From the IMG/VR virus record IMGVR_UViG_3300032073_000008, positions 32,001 through 96,000 of that record: a stretch of 64,000 nucleotides of DNA; one strand, written 5' to 3'. The position numbers and the translations under genes are program-made. Position 1 is the stretch's first letter. The number at the start of each line of letters is the position of its first letter. Source of the DNA: a virus. This document shows, in pieces, positions 37,035-52,700 of this stretch. The notes beneath the pieces are model-generated. The model made no database searches. It worked only from the letters and a program-made list of their open reading frames with translations, and was not told the origin of the DNA.

Positions 37035-37104
37035 AAAAAAAGAAGTGTTGCGTCATTTGGTTCCGACACCAAATTGTTACGCTAGACTCGGGACACGCAA
37101 CACT
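37035..37104 (-). other. Structured intergenic element / terminator-like multibranch RNA
   Basis: 10-bp stem AGTGTTGCGT/ACGCAACACT enclosing a 7-bp hairpin ATTTGGT/ACCAAAT, followed by a T tract. Confidence 0.55.
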
Positions 37105-37117
37105 ATTAAAACAATGT

Positions 37118-37393
37118 CTACGCTACAGAGAGCATAGACAAGGGAACATTCCAACGAGAACCAGCATCGGTCTCTACAATCGCTTTGGTTCTTTTGATTT
37201 TAAGAACAACAGCATTCATGTTCTCACTAGGGATAAAAACTTTTGAACCCTCGCGGAGATTAGACTTAACAGCAGTGGCTAGTCCTTTGCGAAGAGCTTT
37301 TTGTTTTAACTTAACAGCATCAATAACAGCATTTAAGTCAGTAGTGTTATCAATTTTCATGATAGAAGCGATAGCAGAATTAACATTACTCAT
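37118..37393 (-). CDS. Hypothetical early protein with SH3/KOW-like C-terminus
   Basis: GSKV....AVVLKIKRTKAIVE....RWNVPLSML. Confidence 0.7.
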   Translation of the reverse strand: MSNVNSAIASIMKIDNTTDLNAVIDAVKLKQKALRKGLATAVKSNLREGSKVFIPSENMNAVVLKIKRTKAIVETDAGSRWNVPLSMLSVA

Positions 37394-37466
37394 AAAATAT
37401 CTCTCTCAAAGTTAAAAATTTATTATATAAAAATGGAAAGGGGAAGGCAACAACTATTTTAGCCAA

Positions 37467-37679
37467 CTATTTACTAAACAGCGAAGCCATAATTTCTTTC
37501 TGCTTTTTCCAAGCAGAGAATGATGTGGTTTTAATACCGTTCGCTCTACGCTCAAACATCTCTTCATCATACTGTTCTTCAAGCATGATCTGTTCAGCAT
37601 CTTCTTCACTCACAGGAGTATTAAGAGCTTCAAGGTATTCTTCATGGGTTAGTTCTTTATCATCATATAGTGGGTGCAT
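37467..37679 (-). CDS. Hypothetical acidic early protein
   Basis: First gene after an early promoter; GAGAGA leader. Confidence 0.7.
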   Translation of the reverse strand: MHPLYDDKELTHEEYLEALNTPVSEEDAEQIMLEEQYDEEMFERRANGIKTTSFSAWKKQKEIMASLFSK

Positions 37680-37710
37680 ATTTCTCTCTCTTTTTTTAGT
37701 TTACAAGAGA

Positions 37711-37739
37711 ATTCTAGCACAATTTTAAGGAATTCGCAA
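37711..37739 (-). promoter_or_regulatory. Early sigma70-type promoter of the small-gene island
   Basis: TTGCGA-N17-TAGAAT with extended TG and phased upstream A-tracts. Confidence 0.75.
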
Positions 37740-37815
37740 GGTTTTTTTGAAGTTTTTTTATACCGAGTTTGAATATGGGGAAGGTTTTTTATAACTTTTT
37801 TGTATATGCTTGTAA

Positions 37816-37828
37816 AATCAACAACTTA
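37816..37828 (+). promoter_or_regulatory. IHF consensus site
   Basis: AATCAACAACTTA matches WATCAANNNNTTR. Confidence 0.5.
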
Positions 37829-38905
37829 GCCCAAAGGCTTACTGAGTTCATCCCAGCTTATTTCATAGTCGTTGTTGGAGTCTGCATATTTCATTATGCC
37901 GAGTTTCTCATATTCAGGGATAAATTCTGTCCTGAGCAGTCCTATCCTTTTCAGATTAGGCATTATCCGAGTGAATAATGTACTCTGGAACTTTCGTTGA
38001 ATCCAATGGGGTGGATCCATTTGATAATCTTCGGTGTATTCAACATCCATACCATAATGCTCCCACAGAGCAAATGGCTTTAGATTTTTGCGACTAATCG
38101 TGCATGCTTCGAGAGCAAACTTCGCTCTATCATATTTTTCTTCTTCACTCAATGTTTCAATATACTCTTTAAGGTATGTCACACCAAAAGCAACATGCCT
38201 TGCTTCGTCTCTTAATATCAGCTCTATCATTCTTTTATATACTGGATCGTCTGCTGCTTCTTTTGCTACACTGAATGCAGCCAATGCAAATCCTTCTAGG
38301 ATTACTTGCATGCCAAGAAATTTAAGATCCCATCTTGGATCTGTGAGTATTTTATCTAACAACCCTTTGAAGTGTCTATTGACTGGCCAAAGTTTATTGA
38401 GTCTTGTTTGGATATATTTGTTAAATGCTTCTACATGTCTTGCTTCATCAAATGCTTGACTTGCAGCATATAGTTTTGCGTTGTATGTGGGTGCACAACT
38501 ACATAACTGACTAGCCACTAATAATGAACATTGCTCTCCATGTAAGAACTGGCTGTTGTACCAAGAGAACATATCAGATAAGAATTGTACTCTTTTCTCT
38601 TTACTCCAACGCTTGTATACTTTATGATTTTCCCATTGAGCATTCTCAAACTCAAACATGAAACTTGTGATTCCTGGATATTCAATAGACCAATCTATAT
38701 CAAGCTCAACATTCCAGTTTAGCTTTTTACCAAGCTCATAAAGTCTTTTAATACGATCATCGTGCAGAGAGTAATCCCAGTTGTAACTTCCAACTAGAGG
38801 TGTTTCAAAAGTTTCTATTATATCAGATGGCTCGAGGTCGGGGATAATGTCTTCACCGCAAAGTTTTATTTCTTTCGGTGGTGTCTTTCTTTTGTCAATC
38901 TGCAT
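37826..38905 (-). CDS. Ferritin-like di-iron protein (AurF/N-oxygenase-like)
   Basis: SQFLHGEQ...DEARHVEAF...QVILEG...DEARHVAFG, two ExxH motifs. Confidence 0.85.
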   Translation of the reverse strand: MQIDKRKTPPKEIKLCGEDIIPDLEPSDIIETFETPLVGSYNWDYSLHDDRIKRLYELGKKLNWNVELDIDWSIEYPGITSFMFEFENAQWENHKVYKRWSKEKRVQFLSDMFSWYNSQFLHGEQCSLLVASQLCSCAPTYNAKLYAASQAFDEARHVEAFNKYIQTRLNKLWPVNRHFKGLLDKILTDPRWDLKFLGMQVILEGFALAAFSVAKEAADDPVYKRMIELILRDEARHVAFGVTYLKEYIETLSEEEKYDRAKFALEACTISRKNLKPFALWEHYGMDVEYTEDYQMDPPHWIQRKFQSTLFTRIMPNLKRIGLLRTEFIPEYEKLGIMKYADSNNDYEISWDELSKPLG

Positions 38906-38906
38906 A

Positions 38907-39320
38907 CTATTCTCTGAAGTCTAGTATGATTGTTTCTTTCCAATTATCTTCTATTTGTTTTTTGGCAGCATTATCTTCAGCAAGGCTGATTTGTGCGTGA
39001 AATGGTCGGACTAGATCCATCTTCAAATCACCAGTATCTTCATAATGCTCTGGTGCACATTTTTGAGCAATGCCACGAAGTCTAGCAGGAGAGTCCTCTC
39101 TTGTGATTAGATCAACCAATCCATTTAATGTTGAGTCAACTGGAAAGTTATCTATCATTTCAGCAATAGTAATCTTTTCGTCTAGATCTCTTCCTTCATA
39201 AAACACAAGACCAGCAGTGCATGGATTAATTTCTAAAAACTGTCTATATGTTGTACCAATCTCATCCTTTCCATCAGAAGGGAGATCTCTAGCTGGTTTT
39301 TTATTTGGAAATTCGCTCAT
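38907..39320 (-). CDS. Hypothetical protein
   Basis: Open frame coupled to its neighbours (TGATG overlap). Confidence 0.65.
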   Translation of the reverse strand: MSEFPNKKPARDLPSDGKDEIGTTYRQFLEINPCTAGLVFYEGRDLDEKITIAEMIDNFPVDSTLNGLVDLITREDSPARLRGIAQKCAPEHYEDTGDLKMDLVRPFHAQISLAEDNAAKKQIEDNWKETIILDFRE

Positions 39321-39628
39321 CAATTATACCCCAATTTTTGACCAAAAAATGTGTTGTCCTCATCAGTATAATCATACTCATATGGTAAACTTTTTGCTCT
39401 AAATGTCACACTTGTGTTATTAATTATATTATCCATTTCACTAGAATATTGGCTAAATCTATTTCTTGGATCTTCAAAAACCCAAAAGTTGTAATCAACT
39501 TTATCAGGCTGCCTGATATCAGTGAAGATTAAATCAGACACACCTGTCAACTCCACCAATTTATTATTTATAGTGGCGTGCAAACTTACAGCATCAGCTT
39601 TTGTATCAAACTCAAATATATTAGACAT
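39320..39628 (-). CDS. Hypothetical protein
   Basis: TAATG overlap with the upstream LamG-like gene. Confidence 0.65.
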   Translation of the reverse strand: MSNIFEFDTKADAVSLHATINNKLVELTGVSDLIFTDIRQPDKVDYNFWVFEDPRNRFSQYSSEMDNIINNTSVTFRAKSLPYEYDYTDEDNTFFGQKLGYN

Positions 39629-40536
39629 TATTGTGGTATTCTCCACTTGCCCATTAAATGACCCATAACTTGGTTTCTTTCACCATCAGAGAGCAATCTA
39701 TTATAATTTATAATTTCCATTATATGACCACTAAACATTGCAAAGGTTGAATTATTCTGGGCGGTGCTGTTGCCTAAGGTATTAAATCCTGATCCTCCAA
39801 CCATCCACCTTGTTCCTATGTTACCAATTTTTGTTTTTGTTTGACTATCTGCAGCATCTGTCCCAGTGTTTGTTAATGTCATGCGACTACTACCAATTCC
39901 TGGATCACTATAAACAACTCTTGTACCTGCATTCAATTGTCCATTATGTCCATTTGTTGAGTGGCTGTCAGTATAGTTTGTTTGATGCTGTATCAAAGCA
40001 TCAACACCATCAGCTAAATTAGTGGCAATTTCTATTTGAGCATCTGATGTACCAGTAGCTGTAGCAGAAGAACCGCCCATAGCAAATACATGGTCTTCAT
40101 CATCACCAAATTGGGCATCTGTCCCATCACCGCCCAACAATATACCATTTCCAGACTCTAACGCTTTAAGTCTAAAATAATTTGTCGCATAAGGTGAAGT
40201 TCTTAAAGATGTTGCTGTTTTATTTAAAACTATAAAGACAGTGTATTGAAACTCATTCCACTGCGGAGCAGTAGTATGCATTATTTCGTTAAATTGGAAT
40301 CCATCTGGTCCAAAAACTACTGATGGCAACCCATTTGAAGGAGAAGTTGAGGTTGATGGTTTTTTGTTATCTGCACTTTGTGTTGCATGATATCCATTAC
40401 CAGACTTATCATTCCATTGACTAATCAGTCCACTGCTTGAAGTGATACTACTACTGTCCGATGCATCTAACCATTGGTATAGATTTGGAATATCACTTGG
40501 AACAAATGATTGAGCAACAACTGCAGCACTAAACAT
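39628..40536 (-). CDS. LamG/concanavalin-A-like lectin-domain virion protein
   Basis: WLDASD......ISQWNDKSGNGYHATQ...G.I.EII.YNR.LS..ER..V..HL..KW. Confidence 0.8.
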   Translation of the reverse strand: MFSAAVVAQSFVPSDIPNLYQWLDASDSSSITSSSGLISQWNDKSGNGYHATQSADNKKPSTSTSPSNGLPSVVFGPDGFQFNEIMHTTAPQWNEFQYTVFIVLNKTATSLRTSPYATNYFRLKALESGNGILLGGDGTDAQFGDDEDHVFAMGGSSATATGTSDAQIEIATNLADGVDALIQHQTNYTDSHSTNGHNGQLNAGTRVVYSDPGIGSSRMTLTNTGTDAADSQTKTKIGNIGTRWMVGGSGFNTLGNSTAQNNSTFAMFSGHIMEIINYNRLLSDGERNQVMGHLMGKWRIPQ

Positions 40537-43500
40537 TAACTGATACCACCACCGAATATGGTGAGAGTATCTGAGCCAGTAACAACAAGCTCAGCAACAC
40601 CACCTGAAGCAATAGTGCTGTTTGCACTTAATGCAGTAAATGAACCGCCTGAAGCAAAGTTTAATGTTATACTGTTAGTTGTTTTATCTAGTGTTAATGC
40701 TTGTGTTGTAGAGTTTACAACTGTAAATATCTGACCAACAGTGCTAACAGAAGGAATCTTAAATATATTCACACCGCCAGTATGTGTGTTTATAACTTTC
40801 TTGTTTGCTTCCATTGTGTATGTTGTATTTGCAGCACTGATAACAACAGTTGTTGGATTTGCGGTTATACCACCAGATACATTTAATGACCCACTTAGTT
40901 CTAAATCAGAATAAAATGTTGAACCAGCACCTTCTAAGCTCAACACTTCAGCATTAGTTCCTGCTGTTATAGCATCGAACCGTATACGACCATCTTCTGT
41001 TCCATCAGATACATCAGCAATCTCAGCATAAATTGATCCATACTGAATCTTTTCTGCGGGTGATGATGGTGGATTTGCTGTATCATTAATCCCAAAAAAT
41101 CTTATAGCTCCTAATTCATCATTATCTGACGCACTGTGCAAACCAGTTCCTGATTTACGATATAACTCTAAAACAGGATTTTCAGTCTGTCCTTCTGTAG
41201 TATCAAAACTTATTAGCGATAATGATCCAGAATTTAAAAACCCAGTTGAAGGATTATAAGTTAGACCGTACTCTCCAGTATGATCTCTAAGACCATTTGA
41301 TTCATCATGAAATACAACTGGTAAATTTGAATCCGTTAGCGTTGAGTCAGCAGTTACAGTAACCGTTGTCGCAAGAGTGGCTGTTGCCGCAGTCCCAGTA
41401 GTATCTTGGTTAAGAGTTGCTACCCTTGCTGCAGCAATTGTACCAGAGTTTATCTGTTCACCACTAATAGATTTATTTGTTAGCGTGTCACTACTTGAGG
41501 CAGTAATAAATGAACTTAACTCTGAGTCTCTAGCTATGCCACTTGGAATCCTTGCATCAGCTATTGTCCCAGTTAATTGACCAGCATCAATAGATTTATT
41601 TGTTAGTGTATCACTACTAGATGCTGTGATAAACGAGCTCAAATCTGAAGTAAGAGCCATTGTACCAGCAGCATTAGGGAATGTAATATCTAATGTACCA
41701 AATGAACCTGCACCATCTACTTGAGCAGGAGCTTGCAATTTAATTGCATTTGTTCCATTATCAGTGCCTTCTCTAAATACAACAGCACCGCCAGTTGTAG
41801 TGCCTAATGCTGACATTGTCAAACCACCTAATGTGCTGGTGGTTAATGCAGTCTGTACTGCACTTGTTACAACATCAGGTATTCTCGCATCATCTATTGT
41901 TCCAGTTAATTGACTAGCATCAATAGATTTATTAGTTAATGTGTCAGTGCTATCTTTTAAAACGACTGTGCCAGATGCATTAGGTAATATGATTTCTCTA
42001 TTAGTATTTGGATCATCGCAGTACAAAGTTGTTCTTATTGATGAACCTGTTGTATTACCTTCAAATTGTATATTGCCATTTTGTCCTAATATTAAATCAT
42101 TATCTGATCCAAGCAATATTCCTGCAGGTGCTAATGTCATAACTGGATCTTCAACAGTACCATTATTTAAGATACCAAAATCTAATCTTCCATATTCAGC
42201 ATCAGATGTTGGATCAGCTATCTCAGCATGAATGGTAGCATATTCTGTTTTGTTTCCTGCAGAGTCTTCACCATTGAATTTTATAATACCCAATTTATCA
42301 TTTGTTGCAGGAGATGAAGAGTTACGATGTAATGAAATAATAGGATCAACAGCAGTTCCAGTATCAGGAGCAATAACTTCAAAAATATTACCACTAATTT
42401 GGTTTTGAACAAGTGGTCCAGTAACAGTTAATGAGCCCAATGTGCCGACACTTGTTAATGATGAAGATAATACAGTAGAGCCTAATTGCGTTTGACTCAG
42501 GATATCATTACCGTTGATTCTAAATTGTTTAGTAGATGCAAGTTCGAAGTTTTCAGATGATGTCCAAGAATCAGTTGAGTTGATCCAATTGATTGTTTTG
42601 TCAGTTGAGCCTTTTAATGTAATACCACCACCATCAGCAGTAGTGTCAGAAGGTGATGTGACAGAGCCAAGCTCTATGTTTTTATCATCTACAGTTAATG
42701 TAGTAGAGTTTACTGTCGTTGTAGTGCCATTAACAGTCATGTCACCATGAACAGTTAAATTGCCAGAAACATCACCATTACCATTAATATCTAATCCGCC
42801 AGCTGTAACTGTGTTGGCACCAACATCAATATTACCAAACCCTGATGAAATAGAACCAGAGTTTAAAGCACCAGTACCAACTACATGTGATAAGTTTGTG
42901 TTAACTGAAAAAACATTATTAGAAAATACTGATGTGTTTGCAGTTAATGTTAAACCAGTACCTGCGTCAATAATAGGTTTAGGTCTTAAGAATGAACCAT
43001 TCGCAGAAAGGAACAAATAACTGCTTTGATTATTAGCAAATGCTCCACCCAAATTGTTTAAAGCTGCATTAGTCTCTAATGAAATTACATTATTGCCAGT
43101 TTGATCACTAATAACAATTCCTGTTCCACCATAATACAGCGTGTCGGTATCTATTGGGGCAGTAAATTGACCTCGTGCGTTTAAGAAAGCAACAGTATTT
43201 CCTGAAGAATTGTCACCGCCTAAATTGGTTAATGCTGCACCAGCACTTAATGAAATTGCGTCTTTGCCTTCTTGGAAATCAGTATTTGAGTTTAGTGTTA
43301 CTGTTATCCCAGTACCGCCATAATATTGTTCTGTAGCAGACCAGATACCATCATGTCTTAGGAATCTGGCTTGATCACTAGGATCATATCCAAGATTTAT
43401 TATTGCAGCATTGGAAGAAAGAGAAAATTGATTATCAACATTTAAGTCGAGACCAGTCCCAGCTGTAAAGTTTTTAATGAATGTGCCATCTTTTCTCAGA

Positions 43501-44435
43501 ATGGCTGTGGTATTTGCTCCATCACCGCCTAAATTAACTAGAGCAGAGTTTGCAGTAAGAGAAAGTGTATTGCCAGATAATGTAATTCCAGTACCACCAA
43601 CCAAAGCTGTTTTAGAAATTTCTATACCAGCTGAAGCATTTACATCTGCATTTACGATCGATCCTGCAGTTATAGAAGCAACACCTTGATTCGTGATTGC
43701 AATGTCACCGCTTATACTCTTGTTATCAAAACTATCAGTTCCATCATGTATTATAAACTGACCAGAACTTGGACTTGTTATAGTTGTATCAACTAATTCA
43801 GCAAGAGCATCTTTGCCAGCTGATGTCGCATCAACATACGCTTTAATTGATTCTGATGTGGGAACATTTGTATTATTAGCTGAACCAAAACTATCATCAT
43901 CAATAAAATTTGTTATGGTTACTGAACCTGTTCCACTGAATCCGTCAGCTTCAAGAGTTCCTGTAACATCAAGAACAGTATTGCTAGTTGCTCTTATCTG
44001 CGTTGTGTCAACCCAATTAGTATTTGCTGACTCATAAACTAAAAATGCACCATCTTGCGGATCAGTTATCTTTACTTCTGTAACAAAATCAACAGCACCT
44101 TCTCTTGTAACTTCTTGTGTTACTGTTACTTGCCCCTCAGCAAGACGCGACCGTTTGTTTGCATCAGTTGTCAACTCAATATCATATACATAACGACCAG
44201 CAGGAAGCGAAGAAGTTTGTGCTCTAGCCAAAGAGATAGTAACTTCACCTTTCGTTCTATCACCAAATGTCACAGTAAAGTTTGTTGCTGTGTCTGATGT
44301 AAATGACTTACGAATTTGACCAGCAGCACTAAACCCAGTTACATTTTGTACTGTTCCGTCTGTGTTTTTAGCGATAAGTGTTTCAGAAAAATCAGTACCC
44401 TGATCTACTGTAAGATTTAGCTTTTGAGATGCCAT
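40536..44435 (-). CDS. Tail fibre-like protein (1299 aa) with N-terminal attachment domain and internal repeats
   Basis: VDQGTDFS...GRYVYDIEL..EG.VTV N-terminus; GTG repeats; NGTTTTVNSTTL..DDK, TLTNKSI motifs. Confidence 0.8.
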   Translation of the reverse strand: MASQKLNLTVDQGTDFSETLIAKNTDGTVQNVTGFSAAGQIRKSFTSDTATNFTVTFGDRTKGEVTISLARAQTSSLPAGRYVYDIELTTDANKRSRLAEGQVTVTQEVTREGAVDFVTEVKITDPQDGAFLVYESANTNWVDTTQIRATSNTVLDVTGTLEADGFSGTGSVTITNFIDDDSFGSANNTNVPTSESIKAYVDATSAGKDALAELVDTTITSPSSGQFIIHDGTDSFDNKSISGDIAITNQGVASITAGSIVNADVNASAGIEISKTALVGGTGITLSGNTLSLTANSALVNLGGDGANTTAILRKDGTFIKNFTAGTGLDLNVDNQFSLSSNAAIINLGYDPSDQARFLRHDGIWSATEQYYGGTGITVTLNSNTDFQEGKDAISLSAGAALTNLGGDNSSGNTVAFLNARGQFTAPIDTDTLYYGGTGIVISDQTGNNVISLETNAALNNLGGAFANNQSSYLFLSANGSFLRPKPIIDAGTGLTLTANTSVFSNNVFSVNTNLSHVVGTGALNSGSISSGFGNIDVGANTVTAGGLDINGNGDVSGNLTVHGDMTVNGTTTTVNSTTLTVDDKNIELGSVTSPSDTTADGGGITLKGSTDKTINWINSTDSWTSSENFELASTKQFRINGNDILSQTQLGSTVLSSSLTSVGTLGSLTVTGPLVQNQISGNIFEVIAPDTGTAVDPIISLHRNSSSPATNDKLGIIKFNGEDSAGNKTEYATIHAEIADPTSDAEYGRLDFGILNNGTVEDPVMTLAPAGILLGSDNDLILGQNGNIQFEGNTTGSSIRTTLYCDDPNTNREIILPNASGTVVLKDSTDTLTNKSIDASQLTGTIDDARIPDVVTSAVQTALTTSTLGGLTMSALGTTTGGAVVFREGTDNGTNAIKLQAPAQVDGAGSFGTLDITFPNAAGTMALTSDLSSFITASSSDTLTNKSIDAGQLTGTIADARIPSGIARDSELSSFITASSSDTLTNKSISGEQINSGTIAAARVATLNQDTTGTAATATLATTVTVTADSTLTDSNLPVVFHDESNGLRDHTGEYGLTYNPSTGFLNSGSLSLISFDTTEGQTENPVLELYRKSGTGLHSASDNDELGAIRFFGINDTANPPSSPAEKIQYGSIYAEIADVSDGTEDGRIRFDAITAGTNAEVLSLEGAGSTFYSDLELSGSLNVSGGITANPTTVVISAANTTYTMEANKKVINTHTGGVNIFKIPSVSTVGQIFTVVNSTTQALTLDKTTNSITLNFASGGSFTALSANSTIASGGVAELVVTGSDTLTIFGGGIS
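41420..41960 (-). repeat. Three degenerate DTLTNKSI..Q..GTI..AR repeats
   Basis: Visible in the translation of the 1299-aa fibre; approximate bounds. Confidence 0.7.
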
Positions 44436-49550
<5,115 letters not shown>

Positions 49551-49578
49551 TTATCTCTATTTCTTAAAGTTGGTAAGA

Positions 49579-49797
49579 TTAGCTATCTCTATTTATTAGA
49601 ATTGATAACATGTTTTTCATTTCATCCATCTGTTTTTTCATATCATCAATTTCTTTTTTTGTTTTTTCTCGAATATCATTATCAAGAACCCTTTGTTGAT
49701 GCCTATTGTGTTCCCCAATATCATTACAAAATATCGCACCAGTCTCTGGGTCGACTGTTAATTCAGGTCGACCCTCTACAGTATAGACTTCTTTCAT
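49579..49797 (-). CDS. Small coiled-coil hypothetical protein
   Basis: VEGRPEL..DPETGAI...EI..MK....EMK.ML, a pattern seen after VrlC-like genes in T4-like phages. Confidence 0.75.
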   Translation of the reverse strand: MKEVYTVEGRPELTVDPETGAIFCNDIGEHNRHQQRVLDNDIREKTKKEIDDMKKQMDEMKNMLSILINRDS

Positions 49798-52700
49798 CAG
49801 GACACTGGAGTCTTAGATGTAAATGTTGTCATATGCTTGATCTCAGGCGTATAATCACGACCAGATCCATCTGGTCTAGTCATTACAATCTTAAATTGCA
49901 TCCGATCAATACCGCTATGAGTAGAATCATCACCAGATCGATATTTAATTTTTCTTGTTGTGAGTAATTCTTTAATAGCATTCGCACCAGCATCAGCAGT
50001 ATCACCAATAGTAAGGTAATTGTCATTCGTAGATTTGGGGAATCTATATAATCTCTTTACTACATCATTCTTATCACCAAGTGCCGAGTTTTTCTTGGGA
50101 ACCGAAGCATAGTTGACAAGCTCTGTAAATACCTTATCTTCTAACTCCTCAGAATCATTATTATTTTTGGCACGAACATATACTTTCACTGTACTCTCAG
50201 AAGGACAATATAGATTTAAAACCGCTGTTAGCCTTTCAGCAGCACCACCATCTGGACGGCTTGCTGGTACTACTTTGGAAACATATCTTGCAGTTGCATC
50301 ACCAGCAGCAAACTGTTCATTACCAAACGAATTGTTTATTCTCTGAAGCTCAACTCGTGCCGAAATATCATTCAAGGTGAATATGGGTGCTATTCGTTTA
50401 TCCTCAGATGTGATAGTTCCTTTAACAATTAGTGACTTAGCAGTTCTGTTTGACTTACTATAAATTTTCTTCTGATATTGAGAAAGCTCAATTTCATTAT
50501 CACCAACAACTGGCAAGAAAGAAGAAGCAGTAACACCAGCAGTAGATGTAGTCTTAACACCCCACTCAACCTTTGTATTTTTAGGAGAGAAGTATGGTGT
50601 GATCAACTCAATGGAGTCAAGGTTGACATCAGCAACAGATTGTATAAATGCACTTGTTGCACTATCTTGTGACCTTACCCAGTCACGAGTGTTATCTCCG
50701 CCACGGAAACCTAAACCTGAACCAGCAACAACACCTGTTGATTCATTCAGTCTCAGTCTTCCATAATCATGATTAAAGAAACTCACTATACCAGTCACAG
50801 TGTTTGCAGCAAAACCACTCGTTGTTCCCAACTCTGTTGTCCCACGATAAACTTTTTGTTCATTATTAGCATTGGCATCTGTCGGGAAATCGCCAAAAGC
50901 ATCAATACTTAATATGACTGGACTTGTGCTCACTATTTTCCTGACTACACCATTTGCATATCCAGTTGGATGTGCATCGAAGGTTTCATCTTTAGCTATT
51001 TTACTCTGGAGTATATCACCAACAGCAAATGAGTCTGTATTAGCACCTAATGTAAGCAAAGACTGACCACGAACTTTCTCATCCATTTGGAAACCAGTAG
51101 TAGCACTTGGCTCACCAAAAGGTGATACGAAGTTTACATTTAAGAATTCAGTATCAGCATTTGTTAAAACAAATGAAGATGCTGCACCGATGTTATAATC
51201 AGCACGCTTAATTTGAAACTTCAATGTTTCATTTTTCAACTCAGCCCATTTTTTCCCAGTCGCAGAGCCATATAATTTACCTATACCAGTTGGAGCATAT
51301 GCAGTCTTATTTGATCTAAAGTCTTTTTTGCCTTTGACCATAGAAAGCAACTCATAATCACTGCCTTGTTCAGTAGGAATTACAGTAAATGCATATTTCT
51401 TACCTGACTGTAAGAAAGGTCTCTTTGTGAACTTGAATGTTGTAGCTGTATGACCTGTTGTAGAAGATAAGTTTATATTTGCATTCAGTATCTCATCTGA
51501 TTCATCAATAAGTTTTTCAGTTGGACCAGCTGGACCACATTCGCGTATTTGTAATTCAACACCAGCACTCGCATCATTTGGTTTCTTAATAAAGAATAAA
51601 TCTATCTCAGAAAGATAAATACCATCAATTTTTGTGGCAGGAATTGTGAATACCTGTGACATAAAATCAGGCAATTCTTCTTTTACCTGAGTGGTTGTTA
51701 CAGATGTTTGAGTATTATCAGCAGAGAGTTCTTGTAACCATATACCAGACATCTTTCCGCGAGATTTGTATGAAAATCCATTCTTATTTGTAGAAGCAAA
51801 ATAGTATTGACCACATCGTGTTGTTGCTCCATCTTTACCAGAACTTATTCCATTCTTGACTGGTGGTCTAACATCACTCACTTCTAATAAGTGTTTATAT
51901 CCACGGAACTTCATTGTTGAATCATTTGGTATTGTAAACCTAAATGATAATCTTCCACCACCATCTGTAACCAGTGTTCGCTTTCCAGGTGAGTTGATAT
52001 AATGGGTAACATCCCGCCCATCAAAACGAGCATATACCCTTGTATTTGGTTTTAAACCAGTACAAGTTGCTCTAATCCCAGCGTGTCTTCCGAGATAGTA
52101 ATCATTTGTTCCGCCTTTATATTTTGAAACATCAGATGCTTCAGCTAGACCACTGTAATCTTTACCAGCTTTCTTATATGATTCTATCATTTTAGTTACG
52201 ACTGGATTTTCTACTTTTACATTAGAATAAACAGCTACATTCTTCTTCAACCCAAATGCTTTTCCGATCTTGCCACCATAACTAACTTTTTTAGTTCCAG
52301 TCTGAACTTTTTTCTGCGTATACTTAGCGGTCAGTCCAGGAATTACAGTCTGTCTTAGAGAACAGTTATTATGATTCAGTTTCATACGACCATTAAATGT
52401 TCTAACTGGAGAAGTTGTCTTTTTGTTAACAAGTGTTCTCTTAGTCGCCATTGGCTGATCGATGAGTGATTTTGCTGTATTACCTAATGTTATCCTTGTA
52501 CTGTCATCACTCTTATGTAAGTTTACAGACTGACTATCATCAATTATTAGATCAACATCGTCTAATGTAGCTATTGGTCGAATTGTCTGATTATCGTCAA
52601 CAAAGTCGCTTGACTGCATACTATTAATGTATGTTTGTATAGGTGGTGGGTTTGAGATCACAACCTCTTTTGGTGGCTCTGGTGCAGCAACAGGATCGTC

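Noticed and set aside
37044-37104. Possible twister or hammerhead ribozyme
   Set aside because: GUCCCGAG resembles part of twister, but the other conserved elements are missing and there is no CUGAnGA/GAAA core; kept only as an unassigned structure
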